64,000 nt of DNA from Octopus sinensis (Eukaryota). Made by a program: the position numbers and the translations under genes. Position 1 is the first letter of the stretch; each line of letters begins with the position of its first letter. The DNA is taken from NCBI RefSeq assembly GCF_006345805.1, contig NC_043009.1, positions 54,374,001-54,438,000 on the forward strand. Reading direction: 5' to 3'. Positions 13,641-27,044 of this stretch are shown one piece after another. The notes under the pieces were generated by a model. That model saw only the letters and a list, made by a program, of their open reading frames with translations, ran no database searches and was not told the origin of the DNA.

Positions 13641-13844
13641 CATGCGTGCATACATAATTACATACGTACATGGACAATCGGATAGACAGATGTTTATTCT
13701 ATTTCTTCTCTTCCAATAAGTTTTTCTTTCTACCCAAAACAATAGTTTCAGCCATTCATTAAAAGGACACATCCATGGACGATGTCAAGAAATATTCACT
13801 GACGGACAATTACACACATAGATTGATAGAACAAAATAGATACA

Positions 13845-14015
13845 TGCAGGAGTGGCTGTGTGGTAAGTAGCTTGCTTACCAACCACATGGTTCCGGGTTC
13901 ATTCCCACAGCGTGGCACCTTAGGCAAGTGTCTTCTACTATAGCCTCGGGCCGACCAAAGCCTTGTGCTTGTGATTGGATTTGGTAGACGGAAACTGAAA
14001 GAAGCCCGTCGTATA

Positions 14016-14066
<51 letters not shown>

Positions 14067-14293
14067 GTGTGTGTGTGTTTATGTGTTTGTGTTTGTCCTC
14101 CCAACATCGCTTGACAACCAATGGTGGTGATTTAACGTCCCCGTAACTTAGCGGTTCGGCAAAAGAGACCGATAGAATAAGTACTAGGCTTGCAAAGTCC
14201 TGGGGTCGATTTGCTCGACTAAAGGCAGTGCTCCAGCATGGCCACAGTCAAATGACTGAAACAAGTAAAAGAGTAAAAGAGGGTATAAGAGTA
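13845..14293 (+). mobile_element. SINE family A (full length)
   Basis: gcaggagtggctgtgtggtaag...ggttccgggttcattccc...tail cagtcaaatgactgaaacaagtaaaagagtaaaagag. Confidence 0.93.
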
Positions 14294-14380
14294 ACGTATC
14301 ATTTTACACTACATTTGACCAATAAGAGATAATGTATTTGTATGTGTGTGTGCGTTTGCATGTGTTGGGCTGTGAATACA

Positions 14381-14421
<41 letters not shown>

Positions 14422-14829
14422 CACAGATGTACAGACACAAATTATCCAGCGGTGGAGACTGCTACATGGTAACTGGATTTGCTAGAAATATCAATCTCTC
14501 TCAGAATCCACAGAAATCTTATATTCACATTCTGCTGTTTTAGGCATTTATGAATATATGAATATGAGTCAACGAGGGACTCCTCTTAGTTCTATATCAA
14601 CTTGCTGGAAATATTAAACAAATTATTTAATTACATGATATATGTGTATATGACTTTGTATGTCAACGTGCGAACCTTTACATGTTTTAGATATTGCACC
14701 CACATCACTTTCACAGCACACCGTCTCCTGTGATATGTATGAACCAGGAAGACATATCACTACTCGCTGTAGCAGAAAATCTTCCGCCCACTGAAACCTA
14801 AATCTCCCAAAAGCTTTAAATTGCACAAA

Positions 14830-15710
14830 ATCCACCATCAAAAATACGCTGTCCATGTTTTAGATGTCGCAATCATATTTGGAAATTTTGCTGAATATAA
14901 AACTTTCATTTCCAAGATACTTCTAAATAATTTCATTAGCATTTCAATTTAAAATTTTTAAAGGCCTCTATTTCCTGTCAGACCCGCCTTCGGCATTAAC
15001 ATCAAGGCAATTCAAGAATGATTATCGAAAATTATTAAACTAAAATTGATGAAGAAACTGATCTGATGAAAAACCTGTTTTTATAATTCTTTTTTTTTTG
15101 TCTTTTTTTCCGTCAGTATCTCAGAATTTGGAATCACTCGTCATCAAAACATACAATGCTTGCTAAAAATATTCTTTAACCTTAGTTTGTGGATTAAGTA
15201 TGTGACCAAGATTTATTTGCTGTAATATCCTGCTTTAGTGAAAATTCGAAGATTTTATTTGATTAGACAATTAGTTTGTATTGTATTCCAAAATCACCTC
15301 ATTACTGCATAGTTGAAATTTGTTGCAATAGATGGGTACATCTCCTTGCATTTGGTAGGAATTGATCCTTTGAAAACTTATATTGGCTTAATTTTGAATA
15401 AGTTTAGATTTAGATATATTCCCCTCACACAGTCTTTTAGAAGCAGTAATAAAGTAAGACAAACCTCACTAGACGCCCATATGTCGAGATTGAAAAATAA
15501 TTCAGCCTCTTTTTTATTTAAAATGGAATAGGTCAGCTAAGGCCAAGTCGTGTGTTAGGAATTCAAAACTGTAAGTTTTGTAAGACTGAAGTCTATGAAA
15601 TTACCGGTAATAAAATTCTTCAGTTGCCATACAGAGTTTACCGCATCACGCATATAAATGAAATTTCAGATATTCCAGTATATTTCAGCACTGTGTTCAA
15701 AGCAACCACT
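14830..15710 (+). pseudogene. Penelope-like element RT-linker + GIY-YIG relic
   Basis: HFQDTSK*FH*HFNLKFLKASISC (cf. HFP..HKIFN...K.SYSC), then KTYIGL...F.FRY...QSFR...TSL..H...KW...CKFCKTE; interrupted at ~15060-15310. Confidence 0.65.
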
Positions 15711-16539
15711 GGTATTTTAACATGATTTACAGGTGAAATGAATATATACATTTCGCTCCAAACAGAAACTGAAGGAGTTGTAGGTTGTTTTCCTGATGAT
15801 AACTAAAGGCATAACATTGTTTGCAACACTTTTCTATCTTCAGAGGTTAACTCAGAGTCATGGGCATATCACCACTTAACTCCCAAGTGTCTCTTGAATA
15901 AGCTCCCTTTCAGCTTGTCCCAACTACCATTACTCGCTTCCCAGTGCTTCTCTCCAATTATTTTGATTGCAACCAATCTCCAGCAAGAAATAATGATCTG
16001 ATGTTGCAAGGAAGCCGCTGAACCCAACAGCAATAGAAAACTGCATGCAATCCTTTGACATGATCCTCATTAAGCAAATTTTCGTATTTGGCTTTCTACA
16101 GTCGGTGAGAAGACGTCAAGTCTATCTTCCCAGGTCTCTGAGAATTCTGCTACATATTTGGCTTATTACCAACAAACTGTTAATATACAGGAATTTATTA
16201 AAATAAGGCTAGTTTTCATGTAAAATTTCGTTTCACTATCTATAAACAAGTAAATAATACTGATCAAACGAACTGAATTTTGTTCATTAAACAACTTAAC
16301 TACGATAACAAACTCCTTTTAATCGTCTAAGTTAAATGCAAAAAATATTATTAATTTTCACATTTTAATAAGAGTCTAACAAGGACCACGATGGTGGTGA
16401 TAAAAATGTTTAATGCAAACTTTATATTATTTGTTACTTTTACAATTATAACAACAACAAAAATACTAATTATTATTCTTTTACACTTTTTATTCTTTTA
16501 TTTGTTTCAGACATTTGACTGCGGCCATGATGGAGCACC

Positions 16540-16615
<76 letters not shown>

Positions 16616-16617
<2 letters not shown>

Positions 16618-16831
16618 GGCAGTGAGCTGGCACAATCGTTAGCGCGCGAGGCAAAAAATGCTTTGTGGCATTTCGTCTGACTTTACATTTGGAGTTCAAA
16701 TTTCGCCGAGGTCGAATTTGCCTTTCATCCTTTTGAGGTTGATAAATTAAATACCAGTGGAACGCTGAAGACGAGGAAATTGACTAGTTCCCTCCCCACA
16801 AATTTCGGCCCTTGTGGCCAATGAAGAAAGG

Positions 16832-16833
<2 letters not shown>
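16616..16833 (+). mobile_element. tRNA-derived SINE, family D (Meta-domain-like core)
   Basis: aaggcagtgagctggc...gagttcaaatt...ttgcctttcatccttttgaggttgataaattaaataccag; flanked on both sides by (ATT)n. Confidence 0.85.
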
Positions 16834-16882
<49 letters not shown>

Positions 16883-16883
<1 letters not shown>

Positions 16884-18300
16884 CTTCGTAACACAGTGTA
16901 GGTAAAAATGCACCGGAATCTTTTGTCATATGTCAAGTCACAACAAGGATCTCAGACCGATAATACTTTCCATAAGATGTGCGCTGTGCCCAATAAGGCT
17001 GCTTCCTGCATTGGATTTCCAGTTGCCTTAAGAAGTCTTGAAGTTTCAATGGGATTATGTCCATCGCTCCGATTATCACTAGTATCACTTTTACATTACC
17101 CTCTCAAATTCCACACAGTCTTGCCATTTCCACTTTCAATTTGGAGTACTTGGTGATTTTTTTCAACCTCTTTACTCACAACATTCACGTCATTTGGTAT
17201 GGCTACATCAATGATTTGACAGCCTCTCCTACACAATATGACAATATCCGGCTGATGGTGTTCTATTACACGATTGGTTTGAAAATCATAGACCTAGAGT
17301 ATCGTTACTTTTCCATCATCCAGCATAATTTTACTTGGTACATGCTCAAACCAGTTCTTTGTTACTTAATATTGGTATTTACGTCATAAGTGCCAATGAA
17401 GATACACAGACATTTTATCGTGGCGGTGCTTGTATTATTTTTGTGCAAGGCTCTCACAGCCACTTACCAAGGGGTCGCATTTTCCACACTCATTCCACAG
17501 AGTCTGCATTTCTGGGTGTCAGAAGTTTTATAAATGTTATACTTCACTGAATTGGTAGCGAGAGCCTGGTCTTGTGCAGCAATGATCAGGCTTTCGGTGG
17601 TATGCTTCAAATCACTTCGCTCAAGCCATGCCCACGATGCTATATTATACTTAACGTCCTGTGTATTCTTTTCAAACTGTCCATGCATTCTCGTTTCAAG
17701 ACTGTCTTCTTTTCTCTTCTCCTCAGCTCTTTGGTTAAACTCTTCCTTGCCCATCATTTCTTCAGCATTTACACCCATATCTTTCGTGGCACATTGCCGC
17801 AGGTCTTCATCACTATTTATCAAATAGAATGGTCTATACTAATTAGTCCTCTGCCGCCACTCTTTCTTTTCATATACAGTCTATTTCCGTTTGCTTTAGG
17901 GTGTTATGCCCCATGTAGCATCATCAACTTTCTCGTCCTTCTATCCAGTGATGGTATTACCTCCTTAGTCCATTTGGGCAAATGCCCAGATATTCATTGC
18001 CGTAATCAAAATTTTGGCATTCAGGTTGGATTTCAACACCATCTTCACCTTTTTTTGGTACGCCTCGCTGACCTTGACTTTCATTTCTCTGTGTAGAATG
18101 TCATCCAGCTCCCAAATCCCTAAATATCTATACCCTCTCCCGATGGCAACTGCAATCCGTCTTTTCATATTAAGTACTGAGCATTTGGTTATTCCAAATT
18201 CCATACCGAAGTCTGTCCCTACCACACTTCTCGACTGTTTTGGTTAAAGAATCTAAAACAATTTCCCAAAACAGTTTCAGCTCATCCATAAACAGAAGAT
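16883..18300 (-). mobile_element. 5'-truncated R4/Dong-clade LINE (RT C-terminus, CCHC finger, RLE), pseudogenised
   Basis: Minus strand: LLFMDELKLF, FGMEFGITKC, YRYLGI, MHGQF, WLERSDLKHTTESLIIAAQDQAL, CRLC, ending LLGTAHILWKVLSV*. Short 3' UTR then (AAT)n; TAA-like repeats at the 5' junction as well. Confidence 0.92.
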
Positions 18301-18483
18301 TATTATTAGTATTAGTAGTAGTAGTAATATTTTATAGGATCGAGGTAACTCCTCCAGTAGGTATACAGAATAAAAAAAAAGAAGAGTGCCACTATTATCA
18401 AGTAAACGATATTTCGGCATCTACCCTGCCTTCCACGGGTTCAAAAAATAAACGTATCTCTCTACATCATTTTTGGTAATATA

Positions 18484-18562
<79 letters not shown>

Positions 18563-18745
18563 GATACAGATAATTATTGTTGCTTTTATCATTGTCATTG
18601 TTGCTATTATTGTTATTAGTAGACTTGATAAAGCAATTACGTTAAAACCTGAATATAATGCAGTCGACTATTTTTCTCCCTACAATTCATTTATTTATCC
18701 TGTTTACATAATTAATTAAAAGTATATATACGTATACATACATAC

Positions 18746-18801
<56 letters not shown>

Positions 18802-19278
18802 GTATACATGTGTATATATATGTATATATATATATATACACATCTATATAAATATAAATATTTATATTCATATATACAGGCATACATATGTATATAGTAC
18901 ATATACATATGCAGTGAGACACATATATGTGGATGGCGGAGAGAGATATTTCTTTGTTGATATGTTATACTTCTAATGCAGATTCTTTCTGGCCGTTCTA
19001 GCTTTATTAGAACATTGCATTGTTTGATAAGTATCAAATGTAATTTAAGCTGATGAATATCGTCGCTGTTTCCCCTTATTATATTGATAGCATCATTATT
19101 CACAACTGAATATCCATTAATGTTCGCTGAAACGAAATGGCCATTCTGTTGAGTAAATAGTTTAATATAAAAATTTTAAATGATTTTAAACCCAAGTTTT
19201 GCTGCCGATTAAAAAGATATGTCTATGTGTGTGTGCATTTATATTCATATACATACTCACACAGACAGACACATAAAC

Positions 19279-19354
<76 letters not shown>

Positions 19355-20027
19355 TCATGTGATCTATGTATATGTGCGCGGAATATTGAAGCAATATATA
19401 GGTCAAACAAAAATGTCTCTCCCACGGAGAACAACACTGCATAAGGAACAAATCCGTTTCCCAACGAATAGAGAATATCAATAAGCGGACACACAGAAAG
19501 TTATACGGGGAATCTCCATCCAAACTTTACAGTTTTCCTTACTCGGAGCGTTGCCAGGTTAAAAAAATAAAGAATACAGACGTTTTCGGTAGAATTTACG
19601 AAGTATTCATAGACTTCGTCACCATATATCCACTATCTTCTGATAAAACTTTTAATCAGATATCAAACATGTGAGGTAATATCCTGATGAGGACGAATTT
19701 GACGAACATGACATATCCAACAATGTTGGTTGGATGCGTCATGTATTTAGAAAATAGCGTTCGAATTTATAGAGAAAGTAGAAGGGGTCATATTAACGAG
19801 CATGTGATAAGTGACGAGATCTAACAGCTATATCATTCATCTCAATTAGTATATAACCGATACTGGCTATGACGTGCATGCAAGAATAACAGACATTCTG
19901 TGACCATAGTTGTCCGTGAGATCAATAAATCCAGGCAAATATCTTTTCTGTTAAATGAGATGAAAGAAAACACACTGCAGGGCAGCAGAAAGTCATAAAA
20001 CTGTCACCATCGTTCTAACGCAGACAC

Positions 20028-20254
20028 ACACGCACATACAGTCATACAAACACACACATACATATATGCATATACATACACACTTATATAAATAAATATC
20101 AATACATATACATAAACATACATATGTATGTATAAATATATATATGTGTATATATATATATATGCATATATATACATATATATATGTATCTCTGTATAAG
20201 TATGTACATAAATACATACATGCATATACATACATACATATATATATATATATA

Positions 20255-20289
<35 letters not shown>

Positions 20290-20291
20290 CC

Positions 20292-20325
<34 letters not shown>

Positions 20326-20547
20326 ATATATATATATATGTATGTATGTATATGCATGTATGTATTTATGTACATACTTATACAGAGATACATATATATA
20401 TGTATATATATGCATATATATATATACACATATATATATTTATACATACATATGTATGTATATGTATATGTATTGATATGTATTTATATAAGTGTGTATG
20501 TATATGCATATATGTATGTGTGTGTTTGTATGACTGTATGTGCGTGT
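20028..20547. repeat. ~220-bp inverted duplication around a (TA)n centre
   Basis: acacgcacatacagtcatacaaac... (20028 on) is the reverse complement of ...gtttgtatgactgtatgtgcgtgt (to 20547), with few mismatches. Confidence 0.9.
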
Positions 20548-21079
20548 ATATATATATATATATATAGATAGATATAGATATACATATATAAAGAGATATT
20601 GTAATATTTACTGGATGACGCGAGTCTTTCCCCAAAGTGACAAATGACATTTTACAAAGGTTTGTATTAGTTATGAGTAAGCAATTTGGATTAAATCAGA
20701 TGACGTCATCATTGCCTGATTTCCGTGATCTTTTGGATTTGCGATAGTTAAAATTGCATGTTTAACGGTACTCTTTAGAATATATCAGTGCCACTAAGGT
20801 TACTGGTAATGTTATGAATTATGTTATTGCAGTCTGTTATCAGCACTCGCATTTGTAACATTAAGGCTGGCAAATTTGTCACAATATTCATTCTTATAAA
20901 TATAATATGTTTATGCATATGTGTGTGTGTGTGTATGTAGATAATATATGTATATATATATACTCACACACGTGTACACATACACACACACAGTAACACA
21001 TATATATATATTTATGTATACCATAATGGATTAAAGGTTCTCAGACCTTTAGACAGTCCGTTACAGGATTCCTCAATTT

Positions 21080-21210
21080 TACCAGCAGAGTGGACTGGAG
21101 CAACATGAATTGAAGAGTTTTGCTCAACAAAACAGCGCATCGCCCTGTCTAGGAATGGCAAGAAAAATGTTACGATCATAAATGCAACGTTCCAACCAAT
21201 AACTCGCCCC
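21080..21210 (-). mobile_element. degenerate SINE family C 5' part
   Basis: ccagcagagtggactggagcaacatgaa...ttttgctcaacaaaaca; similar fragment at 60205-60305. Confidence 0.6.
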
Positions 21211-21303
21211 AACGAACATAAATCCACTCACATAAATGTATGTATGCACTCATATATATGCATATATATGCATGAATATTTCAGCATCTACATATATTAA
21301 ATA

Positions 21304-21505
21304 CGAGGGCTGCTGAAATCTTCCTGGCTTTAAAGGTATCACAAAAGGCCTGGCTAGAAGTCCAACCTACAGACCTTAGGAATCTGAAGGACCGCTGCAA
21401 TGACAGCGTGAATCTGAGAGAAAAATATGTTGAATAAAATCATAATTAACTGATCCTCCTGTGTTTACGTTTACCCAAAGTCAGGAACTTTTCAGCACCC
21501 CGTCG
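21304..21505 (+). mobile_element. mariner-derived MITE
   Basis: TA-flanked imperfect TIRs cgagggctgctgaaatcttcctggcttt / aaagtcaggaacttttcagcaccccgtcg. Interior retains a transposase C-terminus (VNLREKYVE*). Confidence 0.8.
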
Positions 21506-22798
21506 TATTACATACATGTACACATAATCTGATTAGACGTTCTTCAAATGTATACCACGTATAACGTATAAACAGATACTTTGCCATGTATGTCAGTAAT
21601 TGTGCGCGTGAGCTGATGTGTTTGAGAGAATGTGCCATTTGTGTATCTGTTTTCCTTATATTCATTACGAGCAAAACGCCCTCCGTCCAATGAACGGTGC
21701 TGAGTTGTCAAACATTTAAAACAAATTTTCTTAAAACAACTTGTCCGACCGTCCCATAGGCCTCATTTGAGAAACACTGATTTAACCATAATTTGAGACA
21801 CCAGTAAAAGAAGAAATAAAGATAGACTTGTTTTCTATTCCAAAGAAAAACGATTTTATTCACACAAATATGCAACCGAGTTTAAAGTACCTGTAATGAT
21901 AAGGCTGTTAACTGGGAGAACACAAACATGGTTTAAACATTTCTTTTCATTGAAAAATAATTAAGCATGCCTTTATTTCAATAAAATTTTTGGTTTTGTT
22001 AAACGAAGTTGAGGCAAAAAATAACCAAATAGTATTTCTTTCCTTCATGCCAAGTTTGAAGAAAATATCTCTTTTGCAACTTACGTTTTTGGTCTCTTAA
22101 ATATACTGCATTTTGTGACATTATTTCAAGCCAGCCGGCTTTTTTTGCACAAACTGCACGTGCATTTTTCTCGCGTACGTGTAGTATCGATCGCAACAGC
22201 TGATGTACTTGCGCGTACGAATGCATGTTCCCACGGCTTTATCGATCGCACTCTCACCTGGAATCGATTTTTATAACTTTTTTAAGACTTATACACGCCT
22301 TGATACCGTCGGTATCTACAATCGGGTGGAGGATGCCCGGGATCCTAGAAGACACGCATACAGACAGACAGAAAGATTTTATATAATAGGCTATGTAACG
22401 AAAACTTAAGACTGATTATATGAAAATTTCTCATTTTTAATATGTTTCAGTTAATGAATAAATTTAAAATATGAACACATACATTAAAGATGTACTGGCA
22501 TCTTCAAATCATATGTGTTTACCCGGCATCAATAAAATTTGTTTCAATACACCATCAAAGGAAATCCGTAATGTAAACACCCAGACCATTTTGTCAATTA
22601 GGAAAGTTTGCACTTCCGTTAAATACCAGTCAATAACGTTCACCGTTCCAGCTGAGGAATTACATCGTTCAAGAAGATAATTATCTTTGTTAGCTCAAGT
22701 CCTTTTCGGACACTAGCATAGAAATCATATACATTCATTATGCATACGCACAACATATACGTATATGCATACATAGCGATTATATATATATATAATAT

Positions 22799-22843
<45 letters not shown>

Positions 22844-22846
<3 letters not shown>

Positions 22847-23326
22847 AGTAGTTGAATGAATTATCTTATTAAGGATAATTCGAAAGATAACCGATACTTG
22901 GGTAGCAAATTCACATCAGAAAGAACACGGTTGAAGTTACGTCCCTAGGGCATAGACTACGTGCTTTCGTGCAGAAATTTGCATGTTTATTTTAAAAATA
23001 TAAGTTTATGAAAGAATGGAGTTGAACGACTTGTTAACACATTTCCTTTATTTTTATTTTCGACATATGTAGATTCTTCTACATTCAGCCACTCTAACGT
23101 CACTTCTTATAAACAGACACTCATTATCGCCATGGGCTCCTTGAGAGCAGTCAGCTAAAAGCTTTTGTGCATTTTGATGTCGACATAAGTTCCTTGCCTT
23201 TCCTGATGAGAAATATGCATAATGTACTCCTTATTCCTTCGGAATTAGGAATATGCAGCCTTCGAAACATATGTCAAAAATAAAGGAAATTTGTTAACAA
23301 GTCGTTCAACTCCATTCTTTCATAAA

Positions 23327-23333
<7 letters not shown>
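22844..23333. mobile_element. non-coding PLE-type terminal-repeat fragment with inverted repeat, in (TA)n
   Basis: Arms 22998-23070 and 23267-23333; hammerhead motif inside; (TA)n on both sides. Confidence 0.7.
23199..23280 (+). ncRNA. type I hammerhead ribozyme motif
   Basis: TTTC-CTGATGA(23203-09)-long helix II (gaa..tgcat..tcct..ttcc/ggaa..agga..atgca..ttc)-GAAAC-ATAT-GTC(23273-75). The inverted arm preserves GTC-GAAA, which pairs helix I. Confidence 0.78.
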
Positions 23334-23418
<85 letters not shown>

Positions 23419-25029
23419 TGTGTATGTATGTATATATATATATATATGTATGTATATATGTATGTATGTATACATACATATTCAGAATTTATATACAAAT
23501 ATATATATAACTATATACATAGATAAATAGATAGATAAATGCACAAATATCCATACATACACCTACATATTTATAAACATTTTCAAGTGAATACATATGC
23601 ATACAGATTTATAGATGTGTGTGCACGCGTGCGCGCGCGTTGTTTGATTTTATATCAAAAGTTATGCAAAAAGCAATTTAAAATTAAAGTGAATTACACT
23701 GTTCCATAGAGTACAAGTTTACACATTTAGAAGAATTGTGTTTAGCCGTGACTTCGAAGTTTATGTATGTTTGTATATATATATATATTATATATATATA
23801 TATATAATATATATATATATATATTGTATAAAGGATCGTGGGTCAAAACAACGCGAAGTAAATGCAAAGTAAATCACAAGAACACAAATATATAAATTAA
23901 TGTAGACTTATCTTGTATTCAATATTTCGGGTATATAACCCCATTTTCAAGAAATGGACGAATGTTGTCGATGTGCATGTGTGTGAGAGGGTGTGGAGTG
24001 GACATGCACGGAATGGTGTTGCTATAGGAACCCGCTAGCTTTCCTACGGACTGTGTGTTGTACTACTGCAGTAGTAATATAGATATACATATATTTAAAT
24101 ATATACTGATACCTATACATACATACATACTTGCATACATGCATATATATATATATTGAAATATTATATATATATATACATGGATAGATAAATAGATGAA
24201 GAGCTATAGATATAAATATTCACATGTAAAAGTATATGTATACACAAACATCTATGTGTATATGAATGTATAAATGTATGAAGGTATGTATATAGGAATG
24301 TATGTAGCTGGGTAGGTTTTGGCAGGTAGTTATACCAGATAATTTAGATCGTAAATAGTTTTCATAGGAAAACGTTGTTTCTAGATCTAAGGTTTTCTAA
24401 ATTACAAATCAAGAAATCTATATGGAAAACATTATTTAGTGTGTAGAAAAATAGTTCTTTTAAAACATTTGATGTCACTTCTATCAGAATATTAACACGA
24501 TACAAAAACACTTATAAAGTTGAATAAACCCCTTTTAACATCAAACAACTTAGGAAATAATATAATGCAACAGCGTTGCTAGCGTTGAATATGGCGATGT
24601 TTATTTGACGATTGTTACGTACAGAACAATTCCATGTAGTTAACAACGCCCGTTCAACTCACTATAATCGAGAAATCCATACATATATACAGTATAATCT
24701 GCTCAAATAATAGAATACATGTGTTTGTGTGTGCATGGGTGTTTGTATGTATGTATGTATGTATGTGTGTATGTATGTATGTATGTATGTATGTATGTAT
24801 GTATGTATGTATGTATGTATGTATGTGTGGGGACAACGTAATCAATTGGCTGAGAGGCTCACAAGGCAATCATCATGTCTTGGGTTCCATCCATTCTACA
24901 GCATGTCATTTTGGCCAAGTCACTTTTATCCATGGCTTCTGGTAGTCCCAAGCCTTGTGATATATATTTATATGTGTGTACGTGAATGTTTATATCGTCC
25001 TAACTTCATATTCTTTAATTTATTTGGGG

Positions 25030-25402
25030 TTTTTTCTTGCTTCAGTCATTTTGACTGTGGCCATGTTGGAGCACTGCCTTTTTTTAGTCGAAGAAATTGA
25101 CCTCTGAACTTGTGAGCCTGGTACTTATTCTATCGGCCTTCTTTTCTGAACCGCTTGGTTACAGGACGTAAACACACCAACATATGTTGTCAAGCGATTG
25201 TGGTGGTGACAAACACAGACGCAAACACACAATTATATGCATATATAAAAAACGACGGGCTTCTTTCAGGTTCTGTCTACCAAATCCACTCACAAGGCTT
25301 TGGTCGGAGCGAAGAAGACACTTGCCCAAGGTGCCACGCAGTGGGAATGAATCCAGAACCATGTGGTTCGTAAGCAAGCCTCTTACCACACACCCACGCC
25401 TG
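25030..25402 (-). mobile_element. SINE family A
   Basis: Diverged full-length reverse copy. Confidence 0.88.
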
Positions 25403-25490
25403 TTAAAGTTTTTCAATGAATTTCATTTTTTGAAACGCTTTAACTGAAGAATGTTAACGAAATGGACGATTTTCCTGTTATATATATATA

Positions 25491-25844
25491 CTAGCAGTAT
25501 CGCCCGGCGTTGCTCGGGTTTGTAAGGGAAATAACTATATAAGCATTTTTAGAGAGTTATAGCCAAAACATAGCAAAAAAAATGCATTAAAAATGGAAAA
25601 AAATTATGGTAAATTTTTTTTTAAATCGTTGACTCATAGTAGACATTTTTAGAGAGTTACTTCCCTTATATAATATCGAAAATCGTAGACTCATCGTAGA
25701 CGCGCGCTAATACCCAGAAGGGCTCGATATGAATCACGACTATAAGATACCCGGTTTTGGTTAAACTGCACCGCAAAATGTGGGGGTAGTTAGGAATCTA
25801 AATCGTAGGAGACAGACACACAACTTGACTTTTATATATAAAGA
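25491..25844 (-). mobile_element. non-autonomous Helitron
   Basis: Minus strand A|TC start (25844) and CTAG|T end (25491), subterminal GC hairpin cccg-gcgttgct-cggg (25503-25518), no TSD. Confidence 0.82.
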
Positions 25845-26068
25845 TTACGCAAACCAGAAACGTACGTAAGAAATTATCTCGAAGTATGACTATTTGGTTT
25901 GACTTCATAATTACAACTACACACATACACACATAAACACACAAATAACACACATATACACACGTACACAACCATACACACACATACGCTCACACACATA
26001 CCGTGATCAAATGAGGTTGATATGACAAGGGAAAAATCAGTCATAAAAAATGTAGAGATAATATATAT

Positions 26069-26304
26069 ATTTATTTCTTTATTGCCCACAAGGGGCTAAA
26101 CATAGAGGAGGCAAACAAGCACAGACAAATGGATTAAGTCAATTACATCGACCCCAGTCCGTAACTGTATCTTATTTAATCGAACCCGAAAGGATGAAAG
26201 GCAAAGTCGACCTCGGCGGAATTTGAACTCAGAACGTAGCGGAAGACGAAATATCGCTAAGCATTTCGCCCGGCGTGCAAACGATTCTGCCAGCTCGCCG
26301 CCTT
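26069..26304 (-). mobile_element. SINE family D (full length, 14-bp TSD)
   Basis: Reverse complement of aaggcggcgagctggcagaatcgtt...; ATGTAGAGATAATA at 26050-26063 and 26305-26318. Confidence 0.92.
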
Positions 26305-26982
26305 ATGTAGAGATAATACATATATATTTTTTTTTAATGCTTACATACTTAGAAGACTCAACACAAATTAAACTACATCTAGTGATCTAGTGCTGACAAA
26401 TTTTATGTGTTCGTTGAAAGAGAATCTTGGGACACAAATTCCGAGGGTGAAACTTTTTAAAAATGTAAAACTTGTGTAGAACTGAATAAGGCCAACGCCC
26501 GGGATTATACCTACATAACCCATAGAAACGAAGTTTAAGACGAAAGATATCGACTTTGTCACAGATGATCGTTGAGGGTTAAGCGTATCTGGAAACGCTA
26601 CTGTTTCATGCGGCTGAATGCTGCAGATATTGTTCACTGCTAAGTAACAAGCAGGTTTATTGAGAACTGATCTTTGTATCGATAGAGATCCACTATACAG
26701 CAACAGTCGACACGTGCACCTTCAGTAGTACAGGTAGGAGAGATATATATCAAATATATATTACTAATCTTCTATTATAGTAGTTTATAAGTTGCCACAT
26801 TATAGCTGTTAATTCTAGGAGAAGTACCAGATCTAGATCATATAGATATTAACAACCAGCTCAATAGAGTTTCATATAACATATATCTTAGCAGTACGTT
26901 CTAACTTATGTCAATAATACATCAAAGAGTAGATAAATAAGATATAAATAGCAAGTTATCCACTAATAAGATTAGATATTAT

Positions 26983-27040
<58 letters not shown>

Positions 27041-27044
27041 TATA

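Noticed and set aside
19684-19720. CTGATGAG followed by GACGAA
   Set aside because: No GAAA-helix III-NUH arrangement or helix I pairing; chance core half.
26368-26735. 111-aa minus ORF and a plus-strand CAG|GTAGG donor-like site
   Set aside because: No recognisable domain; the plus frames I read contain stops; no partner exons. Left unassigned.
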